The position numbers and the translations under genes were made by a program. A stretch of DNA of 64,000 nucleotides. It comes from Macrostomum lignano (taxonomy: Eukaryota). Positions 60,301 through 64,000 of the stretch are shown here, piece by piece. Under the pieces are notes generated by a model that ran no database searches, had not been told where the DNA came from, and saw only the letters and a program-made list of their open reading frames with translations. How positions within the stretch are numbered: position 1 is the stretch's first letter; each line of letters begins with the position of its first letter. The stretch lies in NCBI GenBank assembly GCA_002269645.1, contig NIVC01002164.1, positions 124,001 to 188,000 on the forward strand. Direction: 5' to 3'.

Positions 60301-61881
60301 CAAGAGCCACCATGTCGAACAATAAAAAGCCACCATGTCAAACATAAAAGAGCCACCATGTCAAACATAGAAAAGCCACCATGTCCACCATTAAAGAGTC
60401 ACCATGTCAAACATTAAAGAGCCACCGTTTCAAACCTAAAAGAGCCACCATGTCGAACATTAAAAAGCCACCATGTCAAACATTAAAGAGCCACAATGTC
60501 AAACATTAAAGAGCCACCATTTCAAACCTAAAGGAGCCACCATGTCGAACATTAAAGAGCCACCATATCAAAGTGGATGCTTGCTATTTGGAGGATGCTT
60601 GCTTTCTGGGGGATGCTTGCTATCTGGGCGATACTTGCAATTTGGGGGATGCTTGCTATCTGAGGGATGCTTGCTATCTGGTGGATGCTTGCTATCTGAG
60701 TGATGCTTGCTATCTGAGTGATGCTTGCTATCTGGGGGATGCTTGCTATCTGGGGGATGCTTGCTATCTGGGGGATGGTTGCTATCTAGGGGATGCTTGC
60801 TATCTGGGGGATGGTTGCTATCTAGGGGATGCTTGCTATCTGGGGGATGCTTGCTATCTGGGGGATGCTTGCTATCTGGGGGATGCTTGTGGTCTTGGGA
60901 AGATTTCTTATTGCAATTCACTTCATTTGAGCAGTTTGTCTGTTGTCTTTGTGAAGGATTTTTTGGCTGTCTTTTTGTTAATTGTAGAGAACAGAGATTC
61001 TATCCAGATGTCCCCCATCGGGGGGCGAAGATTGCTAGTTATTTGCTAAAAACTATTATTTGTTGTTTTATTTTTGTTTAAAATTTTTTAGCATAAGAAC
61101 AACTTTCCAGACTATGAAAAGTAGGAGAACTTGAGCGCGCATACACTACATGGCACATAACCATGTTAAATGCATGTAAAAGTCAAATCCTGTCTATGAT
61201 TCTGCAGCAAGCAGCTTCTTTGCAAGTGCATATGATGGAGTGCGCACATACCTTTTTTAAGAGTGCACAAATAGGCTCCTTTTCAGCACGCAAGCGTGCA
61301 CAAATTTGACAAACATGCATAAGCATGGAACAAATTTTGTGTAAGAATTCCATCCTGGCGCGCTTGCACGCCTAGCAAGAATGTCTACAACTTTTTTTAA
61401 ATTTGCTCTATTAGGGATCTTGGTCATATGCCATTTTAGAATTCTTGATCTACCCGTCAAAATAGGCTATAAAGTATAATGTATAAATTATAATATTTAA
61501 TATTATATAAATCCTATGTACTAAAAATGAGTTGTCTGTATCTAGCTATGCAATAGATTAAATATCTAATTCTTTGCTAATTAAATATATAATATTTATA
61601 CTTTTCTTCAATAAGTTCAATAATGTTACTTTCATGTAACATAGTCTAATATGAAATTAAAAAGTAAAACAATCATAATATTATACAAAAATTTAAAAAG
61701 TTTTAAACTTTTTATGATTAAAAAAAGTAGTAAAAATATATTATATAATAAACCCATTTTTGCCTTCAGGTTAGGCCTTAGTTAGGCCAGGGGCAATAAA
61801 TATTAAAGTAATCAATAGTAAGATCTTACCTTCTAATAGACGAGTGATAATATCATCTATATTTAACTGAAATTCAGTCAT
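48400..61881 (-). CDS. PPP1CB: Serine/threonine protein phosphatase 1 catalytic subunit, beta-type, 323 aa
   Basis: Exons 61881-61830 ([17 protein letters not shown]), 55185-54686, 54508-54317, 49193-49059, 48492-48400 sum to 972 nt in frame. Motifs [50 protein letters not shown]. Beta-diagnostic features: [28 protein letters not shown]. Confidence 0.95.
48572..49010. repeat. 24-bp minisatellite, PP1 intron 4
   Basis: CCTTCATCAACTAGAACTGAGCAT and variants, about 18 copies. Confidence 0.95.
49292..49785. repeat. 29-bp minisatellite, PP1 intron 3 (continues at 54105-54240 beyond the retrotransposon)
   Basis: GCTGTGGCTCATTGGGGAATTGCTGAAAT, about 17 copies, interrupted by the LTR element. Confidence 0.95.
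49786..50081 (+). repeat. 5' LTR
   Basis: Direct repeat of 53809-54104. Confidence 0.97.
50082..53845 (+). CDS. Gag-Pol polyprotein (two Zn knuckles, PR, RT, RNase H, IN) with one -1 frameshift at ~50285
   Basis: ATG 50082 to TAA 50300, then a -1 frame open 50288-53845. Motifs: CX2CX3HX4C and CX2CX4HX4[23 protein letters not shown], and DDE (HMDH, SDNAAEF, SNGLAER). Order PR-RT-RH-IN. Confidence 0.93.
53809..54104 (+). repeat. 3' LTR
   Basis: Direct repeat of 49786-50081. Confidence 0.97.
56911..57635. mobile_element. hAT-type non-autonomous element (725 bp) in PP1 intron 1
   Basis: TIRs TAGTGATGGAT(TG/CA)AAATT; 8-bp flanks ACAAGCAT (56903-56910) and ACTAGCAT (57636-57643) match 7/8, as expected for a hAT TSD. 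Confidence 0.8.
59175..60570. repeat. 23-bp minisatellite with a 322-bp (14-mer) higher-order repeat, PP1 intron 1
   Basis: AAAGAGCCACCATGTCGAACATT, about 60 copies; the diagnostic variant block recurs at 59401 and 59723. Confidence 0.95.
60575..60890. repeat. 18-bp minisatellite abutting the 23-bp array
   Basis: GGATGCTTGCTATCTGGG, about 17 copies. Confidence 0.95.
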
Positions 61882-62561
61882 TCTAATAAGGCTAATAAGT
61901 ATGAAGCCAATCAATGACAGAAATAAAGTTAACACTTAACAGACCTACTAAGTCTCAAAGTCTCTCTATAGCCTATGTCGATGACAAACTGTCTCTACTT
62001 AATGACGAACTGAATAAATAAATCTTAACAGAAAACAGGGTAATAATTATTAACTTGTGCCTACTATTATGATTGTTAGTAGGCAGATTTAGTAGACCAG
62101 AAGTTAATTTAGAAAACTAAAATTTGAAATTTGAAAACTCCTTAGCATTTAAAATGCAAAATCAAACTTCACACAGAATGGTCTAAATTAGAGTACAAAA
62201 AAGAAATCGATACACAACTTCTAACTACAGTAATTAAGGGGAAAGACAAGAGAATTATAATGAAGGTGAAACTGCAAGTAAGTTAGAACTTAGGACAAGG
62301 TAGATCATGGATGCTCAGCATGATCGATCGACAGCAATTTAAAATGCGAAAAAGAAAACAATTAAAAATCATGTCACCAGTTAAACAAACTTAAAATGAC
62401 GTACATACTCATATTTTGGAGTCAAAATTTTAAACGAAGGATATCTCAAAAATACTCAACTACTCTGCTTTTTCTATTGTGATTTGACCCATGTTAGACA
62501 ATACTGCAGTCAGCCAAACTTTGTACTTAATTTTCTAGGAAATGAACTGTAGGAGAGTAAG

Positions 62562-62845
62562 GGGTCGCTTCACAAGCTCGAAATTTCACAACCTCGAAAA
62601 GCACTTCCTTTCACAAACCCGAAACTTCATAAGCTCGAAATTTCACAACCTCGAAAATTTTAGCAGCCGACTTCATAAGCTCGAAATTTCATATCCTCGA
62701 AAATTTTAGCAAGCGACTTCACAAGCTCGAAATTTCACAACCTCGAAAACCATTTTTACAGCTTGTGAAGTCGGCTGCTAAAATTGTTTTCGAGGTTGTG
62801 AAATTTTGAGCTTATGAAATTTCGAGCTTATGAAAGTAACTCGAC
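62562..62845. mobile_element. Foldback/MITE-like element made of inverted modular repeats
   Basis: About four direct modules CTTCA(C/T)AAGCTCGAAATTTCACAACCTCGAAAA(TTTTAGCAGCCGA), followed by the same modules in reverse complement (GCTTGTGAAGTCGGCTGCTAAAATT..TTTCGAGGTTGTGAAATT..GAGCTTATGAA). No clear TSD. Confidence 0.55.
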
Positions 62846-64000
62846 AATAAGAGGTAGTGTATATGTAACTATATTTATCATATCGCTAGTGCATTTAAAG
62901 TGCTCTTGAGAATTTTTTCTTTTCTAGCGCGGACTGTTTCTCAACCAATAAATTTGTCTAGTTGATCTCTTACCGTTAGAATCACCTGTCCGGGATGTAG
63001 ATGTATCGGGTATACCGATATTATTATCTATTTATGAATATTTACTGTAATTCAGCAACGCCTTGTGAAGCAGTGGCCCTGTCGGGGGCGCAGGGCCTAA
63101 GGCCTACCCGCGCTCGTCAGACAATCGTTGTCACGCACTGGGACCGCTGATTATTTATCATTGTTCATAGACATTTTTTTTCATTCCTGAGAAAATCCCA
63201 GCAGGATTGGGTCAAGAATCTGAATTCTAGAACTACACTAAATACGGTCGCAGTTCTGGGACAGATTCTGTAAACCGAATAGCCAAGCAAACTGACTCTA
63301 CATGGTAGCAATCGGCAATCTAGCCTCCATTCTGTAATTGCAAAGTAATTGTCGTCATTTCCTCAGTATATCTTTGACATTCAGCTGTTCCAAAATGCTT
63401 TTCCAGATAAAGATTACTTTGTACAGCAATAGCATGAACACTGCAATAACCATGCGGCAGTACATGCAGCTGGCAATGCTCGGTGTCATTTAAATAGAAT
63501 ATAGCTGTAGAGTGTAGATCAGGATCGAATCTACGTGAACCAGCGTACGCTCTTATGCATGCTTTTCTACTAATCTCTGCCTCTGCAGAGTGTCCAGTCC
63601 ATGCAGGCTTTTTTGCCTTGAAGCTTATACGCTATAAAGCTGGTCTGCGCATCGCTATGACAGGAAATGTTGAAAAAATGTCTTCCTGTACAGCCAAAGA
63701 GCCGCGTGAGAACGAGAGACATTGGGACTCTAAAATAGACAGAGATTTTGCAAAAGGCAGTGCGCGTAATGTACAGCTGTGGTGTGAGCTCTTGTGCTTG
63801 TTTATTATCTCAGTTTGCCTGCACAAAAGCACTCAAAATTTTTTTTACGTTCTCGAAGTAGCTTTGGCTACTTCAGTCCACTAGCACAGTCGCAACTGAA
63901 AGAATGAAAACTCATGGAGAAGAAGCGGGAAGAAGATTACTCCCAGCCGCAGCAGCACCGTCTGGTTTCCCTGTCCTGGCCGCAGTGGCAGCGGCTCGGG

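Noticed and set aside
63075-63097. 7-bp GC stem-loop GGCCCTG/CAGGGCC
   Set aside because: Too short and isolated to assign; no associated element ends were identified.
63900-64000. GC-rich window end, possibly the start of another exon
   Set aside because: Truncated by the window edge; there is no supportable ORF or motif.

Overview
Eukaryotic (animal) genomic DNA. GC-rich exons and minisatellite-filled introns suggest a free-living flatworm such as Macrostomum, but that is inference only. I reconstructed five spliced genes by hand; every junction is GT-AG and frame-consistent. They are an SH3BGR-family gene with a charged heptad tail (-, 1331-8275), head-to-head with a full GAK/auxilin gene (+, 9236-17893); a two-exon ETS factor (+, 30938-32128); a ~1570-aa hillarin/KY-like pseudo-transglutaminase (+, 37904-45741); and PP1-beta (-, 48400-61881). 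Mobile DNA comprises a very young Ty3/Gypsy element in PP1 intron 3 (identical 296-bp LTRs, 5-bp TSD), a decayed piggyBac carrying a nested 170-bp MITE, a hAT-type MITE, a Helentron-like element and a foldback-like element. Two window-wide patterns stand out. (1) Sharply bounded AT-rich, CpG-desert domains cover the 5' parts of the housekeeping genes, with a codon-usage switch inside single genes. (2) Nearly every intron in the GC-rich domains is filled by its own unrelated minisatellite, and three arrays (two intronic, one intergenic) show higher-order repeat structure. Most ORFs in the supplied track are repeat-derived or antisense artefacts.
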